From positions 62,001 to 98,110 of the forward strand of contig JAFGJV010000037.1 of NCBI GenBank assembly GCA_016928955.1: DNA of 36,110 bases, in the 5' to 3' direction. The notes beneath the pieces are model-generated. The model was not told the origin of the DNA, did no database searches, and worked only from the letters and a program-made list of their open reading frames with translations. Both the position numbers and the translations under genes were made by a program. How positions within the stretch are numbered: position 1 is the first letter of the stretch; each line of letters opens with the position of its first letter. Below, piece after piece: positions 1 to 8,555 of the stretch. The stretch is from Spirochaetales bacterium. GTDB taxonomy: Bacteria > Spirochaetota > Spirochaetia > Treponematales > UBA12059.

Positions 1-258
1 CAGCGCGTGGCCCTGGCCCGGGCCCTGGCCCTGGGCGCGGACATACTCTTCCTGGACGAGCCAACGTCGTCCATGGACGCCGCCAGCCAAAATGCCGTGC
101 GCAGCGTCCTGGCCGAGCTCAAGTCCGAGGGCGTCACCCTGATATTCAGCACTCATGACCAGGAACTGGCGGACGCGCTTGCCGACACCCGCATCCTCTT
201 TGACGCAGGCAGAGCCATGCCGCACCCTCACGGAGGCAACCATGATACATCCCGATGA
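1..258 (+). CDS. ABC transporter ATP-binding protein, C-terminal part (truncated by window edge); possibly a molybdate/tungstate importer ATPase
   Basis: QRVALARAL, Walker B/D-loop ILFLDEPTSSMD, H-loop STHD; directly upstream of moeA. Confidence 0.85.
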   Translation, partial: QRVALARALALGADILFLDEPTSSMDAASQNAVRSVLAELKSEGVTLIFSTHDQELADALADTRILFDAGRAMPHPHGGNHDTSR

Positions 259-1417
259 AGCCCTGAAGATCGTGCTGTCGTGCAGGCAACGGCCGCAGGT
301 AGAAACCGTGCCCCTGGATCAGGCCCTGGGCCGCGTGCTCGCGGCTCCCGTGGCGTCATCCATGGACCAGCCGCCCTTTTCCAAGGCGGCCGTGGACGGT
401 TGGGCCTGGAACTCGGAAGCCAGCGGCCTGGCGCCTGAGTCGCTGGCCGTCCGCAACGTCATTGCCGCGGGCGAGTCCGACCAGCGGCCTCTGGGAGCCG
501 GCGAGACGGTCAAGGTCATGACCGGCGCTCCCCTGCCACCCGGAGCCGACCGCATCCAGAAGGTAGAGTGCGCCCAGGAATCTGACGGCGCGGTGCGCTT
601 TACCAAGCCGGAGCGCATAGACAACGTCATACAGCGCGGCGAGAACGCCCGCACAGGAGACACCATCGTGTCGCCGCGGCAGCTCGATGCCCAGGATCTG
701 GCCATACTAGCCGCGGACGGGCGTAACAGAGTGGATGTGGCCGTCCGGCCCGTGGTCGGCGTCCTGTCCACCGGCGCGGAGCTTGCCCAGCCCGGAGAAA
801 ACCTCAAGCCCGGCTGGATATACGACTCCAACCGTACCCAGCTCGCGGCCCACCTGTCCGGAATAGCTGTCATCAGGGACTTTGGAACTCTCCCCGACGA
901 CTACGACGCCACCCTGGCGGCGGTCGGCTCGGCCCTCAGCCAGTGCGATGTGCTGGTACTGTCCGGAGGGGTATCCATGGGCGACTATGACTACGTGCCC
1001 AAAGCCTTGGTCGCAGCGGGCGTCCGCACCCTGTTCCACGGCGTGGCGGTCAAGCCCGGCAAGCCGACCTTCTTTGGCACGTCAGCAAAGAGCTACGTGT
1101 TCGGGCTCCCGGGCAACCCGGTGTCTGTCTTTGTCAACACCGAGTTCTTGGTCAAACCCCTGCTGTATGGCCTCCAGGGCGTGGAATACCGCGGCCTGTC
1201 CGCGCCCGTAACCCTCTCGGAAGGCATACGCCGTGGCAGTACCGAGCGGGTGGAGTTCCTTCCTGTCAGCATAGACGCGGACGGCGCCAAACCGGTACCC
1301 TACGGCGGCTCGTCGGCCCTACAGGCTCTGGCCCACGCCTGTGGCTTTGTCAGGCTTGAACAGGGACAGAAAGAAATCAGCGCGGGGAGCGTCGTGCATG
1401 TTCGACTCGTTCGGTAG
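242..1417 (+). CDS. moeA: Molybdopterin molybdotransferase
   Basis: PPFSKAAVDGWA, VMTGAPLP, LSTGAEL, IYDSN, SGGVSMGDYD, KPGKP, GLPGNP motifs; GGAGG RBS before ATG 242. Confidence 0.93.
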   Translation: MIHPDEALKIVLSCRQRPQVETVPLDQALGRVLAAPVASSMDQPPFSKAAVDGWAWNSEASGLAPESLAVRNVIAAGESDQRPLGAGETVKVMTGAPLPPGADRIQKVECAQESDGAVRFTKPERIDNVIQRGENARTGDTIVSPRQLDAQDLAILAADGRNRVDVAVRPVVGVLSTGAELAQPGENLKPGWIYDSNRTQLAAHLSGIAVIRDFGTLPDDYDATLAAVGSALSQCDVLVLSGGVSMGDYDYVPKALVAAGVRTLFHGVAVKPGKPTFFGTSAKSYVFGLPGNPVSVFVNTEFLVKPLLYGLQGVEYRGLSAPVTLSEGIRRGSTERVEFLPVSIDADGAKPVPYGGSSALQALAHACGFVRLEQGQKEISAGSVVHVRLVR

Positions 1418-2195
1418 GAAAATACATTACCTGCGGATATCGCTGACCGACCGCTGCAACCTGCGCTGCCGCTACTGCATGCCGGCCGAAGGCGTGGCCT
1501 GGCTTCCGCACGAGCGCATCATGAGCCTTGAGAACATGGCCAAGGTGGCAGGGGCAGCCGCCGCCCTGGGCTTTGACAAAATCCGACTCACCGGAGGAGA
1601 ACCGCTGGTGCGTAAAGGCGTCCCCCAGTTCGTGACCATGCTCAGGGACATACCCGGCCTGGACATCATAGCCATGACGACCAACGGGACCCTCCTTGCC
1701 CCCCTGGCCGCCGACCTGGCCCGCCGAGGGCTGTCGTCGGTCAACATATCGCTGGACACCGTGGATCCCGAGCGTTACGCATACGTCACCCGGGGCGGCA
1801 GGCTGGACGACGCCCTCTGTGGCATACGCGCTGCGCGCGACGCCGGCCTGCCTGTCAAGCTGAACGTGGTGGTCGACCCGTCCCGTGACAGCCGTGACCT
1901 GGACGGCGTGCGGGCCTTTTCCGACGAGTTGGGCTGCGCCGTGCAGACCATACGCCAGTACCGCCTGGACCAGGGCAAGCTGGACGACTTCCATTACGAC
2001 CGGCCGCCGCCCTGCGCCCGCTGCAATCGCATACGTCTCCTGGCCACGGGGGAGCTCAAGCCCTGCCTGCACGGCGACGCCGTGGTGCCTGTTGACCTTG
2101 ACGATCCTGCCGCCAGCATACGGGCCTGCGTGGCCATGAAACCCGCCCACGGCGGGGCGGCGTCAAACCATAATGTCAGCGCCATTGGAGGATGA
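1398..2195 (+). CDS. moaA: GTP 3',8-cyclase (radical SAM)
   Basis: YLRISLTDRCNLRCRYCMP (CxxxCxxC), RLTGGEPL, TTNG, C-terminal CARCNRIRL...KPC cluster, terminal IGG. Confidence 0.93.
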   Translation: MFDSFGRKIHYLRISLTDRCNLRCRYCMPAEGVAWLPHERIMSLENMAKVAGAAAALGFDKIRLTGGEPLVRKGVPQFVTMLRDIPGLDIIAMTTNGTLLAPLAADLARRGLSSVNISLDTVDPERYAYVTRGGRLDDALCGIRAARDAGLPVKLNVVVDPSRDSRDLDGVRAFSDELGCAVQTIRQYRLDQGKLDDFHYDRPPPCARCNRIRLLATGELKPCLHGDAVVPVDLDDPAASIRACVAMKPAHGGAASNHNVSAIGG

Positions 2196-2196
2196 T

Positions 2197-2676
2197 ATGG
2201 ACGACTCAGGAAAACTCAGCCACGTGGACGCCTCCGGCAAGGCCAGCATGGTGGACGTGTCCGGCAAACCGCGCGTCAAGCGCACCGCCCGGGCCGCGTG
2301 CAGCGTGCTGATGGCTCCTGCCACCGCCGAGCTCATACGCGCCAACGCCATGGCCAAGGGCGATGTCCTGGCCACGGCGCGCGTGGCCGGCATCTTGGCC
2401 GGCAAGAAAGCCGCCGAGCTCATACCTTTGTGCCATACCATAGAGATAGACCGCATAGCCGTGGAGCTCAGCGTGGGCGCAGACCGCGTGGACATAGAAA
2501 GCCTGGCCGTGTGCGTGGACCGCACCGGCATCGAGATGGAAGCCCTGACCGCCGCGTCCGTGACAGCGTTGACCGTGTGGGACATGTGCAAGGCCGTGGA
2601 CAAGGGACTCCGGGTGGACGGCCTCAGGCTCCTGTCCAAGACCAAAGAAGCGGCCGAACCTGGCCGGGTATGCTGA
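2197..2676 (+). CDS. moaC: Cyclic pyranopterin monophosphate synthase
   Basis: LSHVD..G.A.MVDVS.K, KGDVL, LIPLCH, TGIEMEALT, DMCKAVD; GGAGG RBS before ATG 2197. Confidence 0.95.
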   Translation: MDDSGKLSHVDASGKASMVDVSGKPRVKRTARAACSVLMAPATAELIRANAMAKGDVLATARVAGILAGKKAAELIPLCHTIEIDRIAVELSVGADRVDIESLAVCVDRTGIEMEALTAASVTALTVWDMCKAVDKGLRVDGLRLLSKTKEAAEPGRVC

Positions 2677-2700
2677 GGACCTCGGAGAGGAGGCAGTACC

Positions 2701-3168
2701 GTGACCGTTGCCATCATCACCGTTTCAGACAGGGCCAGCAGGGGCGACTACGAAGACCGCTCGGGCCCGGCCATGGAGACCGCCCTCCTGGCCGCCCTGC
2801 CCGCCGTGACCATAGAGCGCGACCTTGTGCCTGACGAGCGGGACGCCATCCTGGCGGCCCTTGAGCGCCATGCCGGCGCTGACTGGATATTCACCACCGG
2901 AGGCACCGGCCCAAGCCCGCGCGACGTCACCCCAGAGGCCACGCTGGCCTTTGTGGACCGCCAGATGCCCGGACTGGCCGAATACCTGCGGATCGAGTCG
3001 CTCAAGGAAACGCCTAACGCGGTGTTCAGCCGCGCCGTCGCCGGCCTCAGGGGCACTACCTACGTGGTGAACGCTCCAGGCTCGGTCAAGGCGGCCGAGC
3101 TGTGCGCCAGGGTATTCGCGCCCCTCCTTGAGCACGGCACGGCCATGGTACGAGGCCAGGGGCACTGA
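2701..3168 (+). CDS. mog: Molybdopterin adenylyltransferase (MogA/MoaB family)
   Basis: ITVSDRAS.G.YEDRSGP, TTGGTGPSPRDVTPEAT, SRAVAG, N.PGS; GAGGAGG RBS before GTG. Confidence 0.9.
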   Translation: MTVAIITVSDRASRGDYEDRSGPAMETALLAALPAVTIERDLVPDERDAILAALERHAGADWIFTTGGTGPSPRDVTPEATLAFVDRQMPGLAEYLRIESLKETPNAVFSRAVAGLRGTTYVVNAPGSVKAAELCARVFAPLLEHGTAMVRGQGH

Positions 3169-3172
3169 TCCC

Positions 3173-5053
3173 CTAGTCCGCGGCGCCCCAGCGCTTCCAC
3201 AGTTCGTCCAGCCCGCGAGCGCAGTCGTCTAGCTCGGCGGCCAGGCGTTTGGCATCGGCAAAGCGCCCGTGCTCGATGGCCAGGGCGGCCTTTCGCTCCA
3301 GGTCCGAGCGCCTGCGCTCCAGCTCGCCTATGCGCCGGTCGTAGTCCGCGTCCTTGTCCGCCCAGCTCCCGGCACCTCCTGTCCCTGCCTTGCGCGCGCG
3401 GGCCCGGCCGTCCAGTTCGGCCGCCTGGGCAAGCTTCGGCCGCGCCACGGCGCCAACGTCCCGCCACCACTCGGAGAAGCTGCCTTCATACTCAACAAAG
3501 CGTTTGTCTTCAATGAAAACCACCCTGCCGGCCACTTTTTCCAAGAAATAGCGGTCATGGGACACCACCAGGACCGTGCCCTCAAAGGCGTCTAGGGCGT
3601 CCTCCACAGCCTCCCTGGTGGGTATGTCCAGGTGGTTGGTCGGCTCGTCCAGGACCAGGAAGTTGGCTCGCTGTGCCGAAGCCCGGGCCAACTGCAGTCG
3701 GTTGAGCTCGCCGCCGGACAGGGAGCCGCAGGCCTTGTCCAGATCGTCCCAGCCAAACAGGAAGGTGGACAGGTGCTTGAACACGTCCGCCCGCGTGGGT
3801 AGCCATTTCAGGAAGGCGTCCTCAACGCTCAGGGCGGGGTCGAACACGCCCTGGTCCTGGGCGCAGTAACCCAGCCGCATGCTGGGGCCCACGCGTAGCG
3901 TATCGTCGTCCCAGGAGCCCCGTTCCACCAGGTCGCGTATGAAGCTGGTCTTGCCCGACCCGTTGGGTCCCACCAGGGCGACACGCTCCCCGTTCAGGAT
4001 GGTGAAACCCGAGTCCTTGAGGATGACCGTGTCGCCATAGGCCTTGGCGTACGAGTGCACGTCCACCGCCAGGTCGGCCTTGGACGCCTCGCCCTGGAAA
4101 CTGACCCTGGCGTCCTGCGTGCCCAGGTCCGGCCGCTGTTCAGCGTTCTCCCGCTCACGCGCCAGCTGGCTGCGCCTGGCGCGCAGGCGGCGGCCCCAGG
4201 CGGGGTCGGGCCTGGCCCGCGCTATCTGCTCGAACTTCTTGACGAGGGCTTCCAGGCGCTCGAGTTTCTTGCGGTCGGCCTGCCAGCGCTGGCCCTGACC
4301 GGCGGATTCCCTGAGCCTGGCCAGCCGGTAGGCCGAGTAATTGCCCGACCAGCGGGTAACGCACCGGTTCTCGATCTCGAAAACGCTGTCCACAACACGA
4401 TCCAGAAGCCTGCGGTCGTGCGACACCATGAGCACGGCGCAGGGCAGGCCGGCCAGATAGTCCTCCAACCAGGCCAGCCCTGCCACGTCCAGGTGGTTGC
4501 CCGGCTCGTCCAGGAGAAGGAGGTCAGGTCTGCCCATCATGGCCCGGGCCAGGGCGAGGACGTTTTTCTCGCCGCCGGACAGGCTCAGGGCAGGAGTATG
4601 TTCCCGGCCGCCCAGGCCGATGCGCCCCAGGAGCCGTACGGCCATGTCCTCGGCCTGGTCCCCGTCAATCGCGTCATAGTCGTCGCGCAGGGCGGCGTAT
4701 GCCTCCATGGCCCGGTCCGCGCGCTCAGGATCGGCCATGGCTTCTCCTAGGCGCTCGAGCTCGGCCCTCATGGATAGCGCGTCGCGGCAGATATACTGGG
4801 CGCCTGTCTCGTCGTCCAGAAAATCGGGCGGCTTCTGCGGCACATAGCCCAGCCTGAGGCCGGGGGCTTTCAGGATCCGGCCGGAAAAGTCGTCGTCCAG
4901 ACCCGCCAGTATGCGTATCAGGGTGGTTTTCCCGCAGCCATTGCGCCCCACGATTCCGTATTTGTGGCCGCTCTCCATGGCCATGGCCACGTCTTCGAAC
5001 AATGGAAGTCCGCCAAAATCCTTGCGCAGGCCGCGCGTTTCAAGCAGTGACAT
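3173..5053 (-). CDS. ABC-F family ribosome-associated ATPase
   Basis: Two NBDs (GRNGCGKTT/LSGGEK/LLLDEPGNHLD and GPNGSGKTS/LSGGEL/LVLDEPTNHLD), no TM helices, C-terminal coiled coil. Confidence 0.92.
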   Translation of the reverse strand: MSLLETRGLRKDFGGLPLFEDVAMAMESGHKYGIVGRNGCGKTTLIRILAGLDDDFSGRILKAPGLRLGYVPQKPPDFLDDETGAQYICRDALSMRAELERLGEAMADPERADRAMEAYAALRDDYDAIDGDQAEDMAVRLLGRIGLGGREHTPALSLSGGEKNVLALARAMMGRPDLLLLDEPGNHLDVAGLAWLEDYLAGLPCAVLMVSHDRRLLDRVVDSVFEIENRCVTRWSGNYSAYRLARLRESAGQGQRWQADRKKLERLEALVKKFEQIARARPDPAWGRRLRARRSQLARERENAEQRPDLGTQDARVSFQGEASKADLAVDVHSYAKAYGDTVILKDSGFTILNGERVALVGPNGSGKTSFIRDLVERGSWDDDTLRVGPSMRLGYCAQDQGVFDPALSVEDAFLKWLPTRADVFKHLSTFLFGWDDLDKACGSLSGGELNRLQLARASAQRANFLVLDEPTNHLDIPTREAVEDALDAFEGTVLVVSHDRYFLEKVAGRVVFIEDKRFVEYEGSFSEWWRDVGAVARPKLAQAAELDGRARARKAGTGGAGSWADKDADYDRRIGELERRRSDLERKAALAIEHGRFADAKRLAAELDDCARGLDELWKRWGAAD

Positions 5054-5099
5054 AGCTGTGCCCTTTCATACAGCGGCGCGATCCCATCCCGATCCGCAT

Positions 5100-5133
5100 A
5101 AAAAAACCGCGCGGTCCGGGAAGGGCCGCGCGG
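5100..5133 (-). terminator. Intrinsic terminator (attenuator) in the ABC-F leader
   Basis: Minus strand CCGCGCGG-cccttcccgga-CCGCGCGG-TTTTTTT, ~47 nt upstream of the ABC-F start. Confidence 0.75.
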
Positions 5134-5157
5134 CGCAGGTTTCGATATCTGAATATC

Positions 5158-5271
5158 TCAAATATCTCCAATTCCTAGCCCGGACGGACCTATCCTGTGG
5201 GCACCAGCCGCTCCGGTAGAGCGGACTGAACATACACAGGACAGATACTGTCCAAACCGAATGGATATCAT
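5158..5271 (-). CDS. Putative leaderless leader peptide (37 aa, MISIRFGQYLSCVCSVRSTGAAGAHRIGPSGLGIGDI)
   Basis: ATG lies 7 nt after a TATAGT -10 box; its TGA ends ~25 nt before the terminator stem. Confidence 0.5.
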   Translation of the reverse strand: MISIRFGQYLSCVCSVRSTGAAGAHRIGPSGLGIGDI

Positions 5272-5277
5272 AACACG

Positions 5278-5306
5278 ACTATACCACGGAGCCGCCCGGC
5301 GGGCAA
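5278..5306 (-). promoter_or_regulatory. sigma70-type promoter for the ABC-F leader
   Basis: TTGCCC-17 nt-TATAGT with extended -10 TGn (TGG). Confidence 0.65.
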
Positions 5307-5316
5307 GCGCAGTCGC

Positions 5317-7449
5317 TTACAACCCAAGCAGGAGCCCCAGTTCGTCCTCGCTGGTTGCGTCCAGCACATCCTGCCGGCGGGTATCGTCGCCCAGAGCCCT
5401 GCCTATGTCGGCCAGAAACTGCAGATGGGCCTCTGGATGGCTCTTGCTGGACACCGACAGCACGACGATGGTTGTCGGCTGACCGTCCAGGGAGCGGAAA
5501 TCCATGCCCCCGCGCTTGATGCCTATGGCCGCTGCCAGCTCGTCCACGCCATCGGTCTTGGCGTGCGGCAGGGCGATGCCGTTCTGCATGCCCGTACTCA
5601 TGGCATGCTCTCGCTCGAGCACGTCCTTCTCCACTCTGGCCACATCGTTCACGCGGCCCGCCTTGTGCAGGGCGGCCAGAAGTTCCTTGATGACCTCTTC
5701 CTTGGTGGCGCCTTTAAGATCCAGGATGATGCACGAGCGGTCTATCACGCGGGCGCCATGGGCTGTCAGCGGAGCCGCCTCGCCCTCTCCGACCGCCTGT
5801 ATGGCGGCGGGATCGAATTCGTTCTTGAGCTGCTCAAAACTCTGGTTGAGCGACGCTACCGCCTCGAACACGGCCGTTCTCACCATGGGCATGGACGACA
5901 CGGGAGCCTGGACCCCCAGCGATGTGCCTTCCAGCCTAACCGAGAAGGCCATGTCCTCCTTGCGCACCTGGGTGATGCCTTCCTCTATGTCCATGGTCCT
6001 TATGTAGAAGCCCTCGGACTGGAGCTGGTGGCTCATGGTATCGGTTACCAGAAGGGCCAGGTCTTCGGACGGAAAGTCAAAGTCGTGGGACAGGGAGTCG
6101 CCGCCCACCGTGGCCTTTCTGGTGCCCGGAGCGCCGGAACCCAGCGTCAGGTTGAGGAGAAAGGGAGCCACGACGGTGGTTAGGAGGGTCATCATGATGG
6201 CCATGCCAAAGGTGCCGCCGTCCAGGATGCCCGCAGACATGCCTATGCCAGCTATGATCAAGGCCACCTCGCCGCGGGGCACCATACCGGCGCCTATGCG
6301 CAGGGCCCCACGCCGGTTGAAGCCGACGAACAAGGCCGGGATGCCGCAGCCTACGATTTTTGCCAGCACGGCCAGAACCGTGAAGACAAGGCCACCGACG
6401 ATGACTTTGGGCGTGACCAGCTGGCTGATGTCGACCATCATGCCCATGACCGCGAAGAAAATTGGCACAAAAAATTCGTACAGGACGTGCAGTTTCTCGA
6501 TGATGATGTGGCTGATGTCGGTCTTTGACAAGGACAGACCCATGATGTACGCGCCGATTATCATGGCCAGGCCTTCCTTCTCAAAGAAGCCCGCCAGGAT
6601 GAGGGCCAGGCCCAGGGACAGGATGGCAAAGGCGCTGGCGTGCTTGAAGCGCTTCAGGAAGCCCGCTATGCGCTTGGCCAGGGCCAGCCCCAGCACCGTA
6701 AAGCCCAGCCACAGGCCAAAAGCCTTGGCCGCTATCAAGCCCACCGTGCCCCACTCGAGCCCGCCGCCGGCCGCCGCCCCTATGGCCGCTATGCCCATGA
6801 CCACGGCCAGGAACACGATGCCCAGCACGTCGTCGAACACGGCCGCGGCCAGTATGGTTACGCCCTCGGGGCTGTCCATTTTCTTGCGGTCGCTCAGGAT
6901 GCGCGCCGTTATGCCCACGGACGTGGCCGTGGACATGATGCCCAGGAACAGGTTGCCCGGCGCCATGAAGCCCCCGCCCATCAGGACCATGCCCAGAACG
7001 TCGCCCACGGCAAAGGACAGGATGACGCCGCCAAGGCCGACAACGCCACCGGCCACCGAGTATTTAATGAACAGCGACAGGTCCGTTTCCAGGCCGGATA
7101 CAAACAGCAAAATGATGGACGCTATGGTTGCCAGGCCGTACAGGACGGGACTGATGGGCAGTTCAGCGCCAACGGCACCGGTGGCAAAGAGGCCTTCCGG
7201 AAAACCGGGCAGAGGTATGCCTCCCAGCGCGAACGGGCCTATGATGATGCCGGCCAACAGCTCGCCCAGCACGGACGGCATACGCAGTTTTTGGGCGGCA
7301 ATGCTCCCGAGCTTGACCATGAACAGGACCACGCCCACTTCCAGCACCAGGGCAGTCTGGACACCCATAATGTCCGACGAGCCCGAGGCGAAGGCCGGGA
7401 GGGAGGTGAAGAGGAAGCACAGGATAGATAGCGGGATACGACGGCTCAT
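5317..7449 (-). CDS. CPA2 cation:proton antiporter fused to a C-terminal PTS EIIA (Fru/Ntr-type) domain
   Basis: ~12-13 hydrophobic segments, GLETDL, ATSVGIT.RIL, AAVFDDVLG, GMVPRGEVALI; C-terminal ERE..MSTGMQNGIALPH. Confidence 0.9.
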   Translation of the reverse strand: MSRRIPLSILCFLFTSLPAFASGSSDIMGVQTALVLEVGVVLFMVKLGSIAAQKLRMPSVLGELLAGIIIGPFALGGIPLPGFPEGLFATGAVGAELPISPVLYGLATIASIILLFVSGLETDLSLFIKYSVAGGVVGLGGVILSFAVGDVLGMVLMGGGFMAPGNLFLGIMSTATSVGITARILSDRKKMDSPEGVTILAAAVFDDVLGIVFLAVVMGIAAIGAAAGGGLEWGTVGLIAAKAFGLWLGFTVLGLALAKRIAGFLKRFKHASAFAILSLGLALILAGFFEKEGLAMIIGAYIMGLSLSKTDISHIIIEKLHVLYEFFVPIFFAVMGMMVDISQLVTPKVIVGGLVFTVLAVLAKIVGCGIPALFVGFNRRGALRIGAGMVPRGEVALIIAGIGMSAGILDGGTFGMAIMMTLLTTVVAPFLLNLTLGSGAPGTRKATVGGDSLSHDFDFPSEDLALLVTDTMSHQLQSEGFYIRTMDIEEGITQVRKEDMAFSVRLEGTSLGVQAPVSSMPMVRTAVFEAVASLNQSFEQLKNEFDPAAIQAVGEGEAAPLTAHGARVIDRSCIILDLKGATKEEVIKELLAALHKAGRVNDVARVEKDVLEREHAMSTGMQNGIALPHAKTDGVDELAAAIGIKRGGMDFRSLDGQPTTIVVLSVSSKSHPEAHLQFLADIGRALGDDTRRQDVLDATSEDELGLLLGL

Positions 7450-7515
7450 AGGGACTCCTCACATCTGGTCGCACAGGGCGCAACACAGCGTCAAAAACCG
7501 CAACCGATGCGATAG

Positions 7516-7543
7516 AGTATGGTATTTTGATAAAAAAATGCAA
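7516..7543 (-). promoter_or_regulatory. Putative sigma70 promoter of the antiporter gene
   Basis: TTGCAT-16 nt AT-rich spacer-CATACT. Confidence 0.45.
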
Positions 7544-7568
7544 GTGATGGGACGATGCGTGCCGCCGT

Positions 7569-8528
7569 TTACGCTCCAGCGTGCCCAATGAGCCAGGCCC
7601 GGTGCGTACCCGGGCGGTAATCCTGGGGCACGGATCGGGCGCTGATATCTTCCGTGCTCGCGCCATGCAGGAGACCCGCGTCAAATTTCAGTTGACGGGA
7701 ATTGCTTGAGAACAACAGCAGGCCATCCGGGGCCAGCACGGCCAGGGCGGCGTTCACCAGATCGGCCCAATGACGGTTGACGTCCAGGTACCTGTCCATG
7801 CCTTTGGAATTGGAAAAGGTGGGTGGGTCCAGCACGATAAGGTCCCACACCCTGCCCCTGGCCGCTTCCAGCCAGGCCAGCACGTCCGCCCTGGTGTCCT
7901 CATACCGGTCCACGGGCAGGCCGTTTAAGGCCAGGTTGTCCAGAGCCCAGTCCAGGTAGTTTCTGGACAGGTCCACGGCGCTTACCATGGACGCTCCCCC
8001 GGCCAACGCGTACACGGAAAAACTGCCGGTATAACAGAACAAATTGAGCACGCGCTTGCCGGCCGCGCGCTCCCTGATCCAGGACCGACCCGGCCTGTGG
8101 TCCATGAACAGGCCCGTGTCCAGATAGTCGCTCAAGTTAACCCTGAAATGAAGCCCCTGCTCCCGAACCACGAGCGTCGATCCCCGCTCTTCCATGCGCC
8201 CGTACTGCTCATCAAGGCCGAGCCTGCGGCGCTGTTTGACGTGCACAGCCGACGGTTCCACGCCCAGGGCCTCGGACGCGGCGCTTTCCATGAGCTCCAG
8301 CCATGCTTGTTCGTCTGCCGGGTCCTTATCGTAGGGCCTCTCGTACAGGTAGAGCACCGCGGCGTCACCGTACCGGTCCAGGGCCAGGGGGATTTCGGGG
8401 ATGTCGCGGTCGTACACACGGTAGCAGGTGGTGTCGTTTTTTCTGGCCCATTTGGCCAGATGCCTGTCTCGCTTGACCGCCCGATTGAGGAAATAGTCGC
8501 GTTGGCGGATATCGCGCTCACTCGCCAT
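7569..8528 (-). CDS. Class I SAM-dependent rRNA methyltransferase (RlmK/RlmI-like)
   Basis: CYRVYDRDIPE, VNLSDYLDTGLFMDHR, VLNLFCYTGSFSV, VDLSRNYL, LDPPTFSNSK; resembles the C-terminal RlmK half of RlmKL. Confidence 0.88.
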   Translation of the reverse strand: MASERDIRQRDYFLNRAVKRDRHLAKWARKNDTTCYRVYDRDIPEIPLALDRYGDAAVLYLYERPYDKDPADEQAWLELMESAASEALGVEPSAVHVKQRRRLGLDEQYGRMEERGSTLVVREQGLHFRVNLSDYLDTGLFMDHRPGRSWIRERAAGKRVLNLFCYTGSFSVYALAGGASMVSAVDLSRNYLDWALDNLALNGLPVDRYEDTRADVLAWLEAARGRVWDLIVLDPPTFSNSKGMDRYLDVNRHWADLVNAALAVLAPDGLLLFSSNSRQLKFDAGLLHGASTEDISARSVPQDYRPGTHRAWLIGHAGA

Positions 8529-8555
8529 ATTGGGCCTCGCGCCCTGGACGCCCGT

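Noticed and set aside
6035..7591. 518-aa + strand ORF (and 5425-6183, 6640-7431)
   Set aside because: Antisense shadows of the antiporter gene caused by GC3 bias; no recognisable motifs
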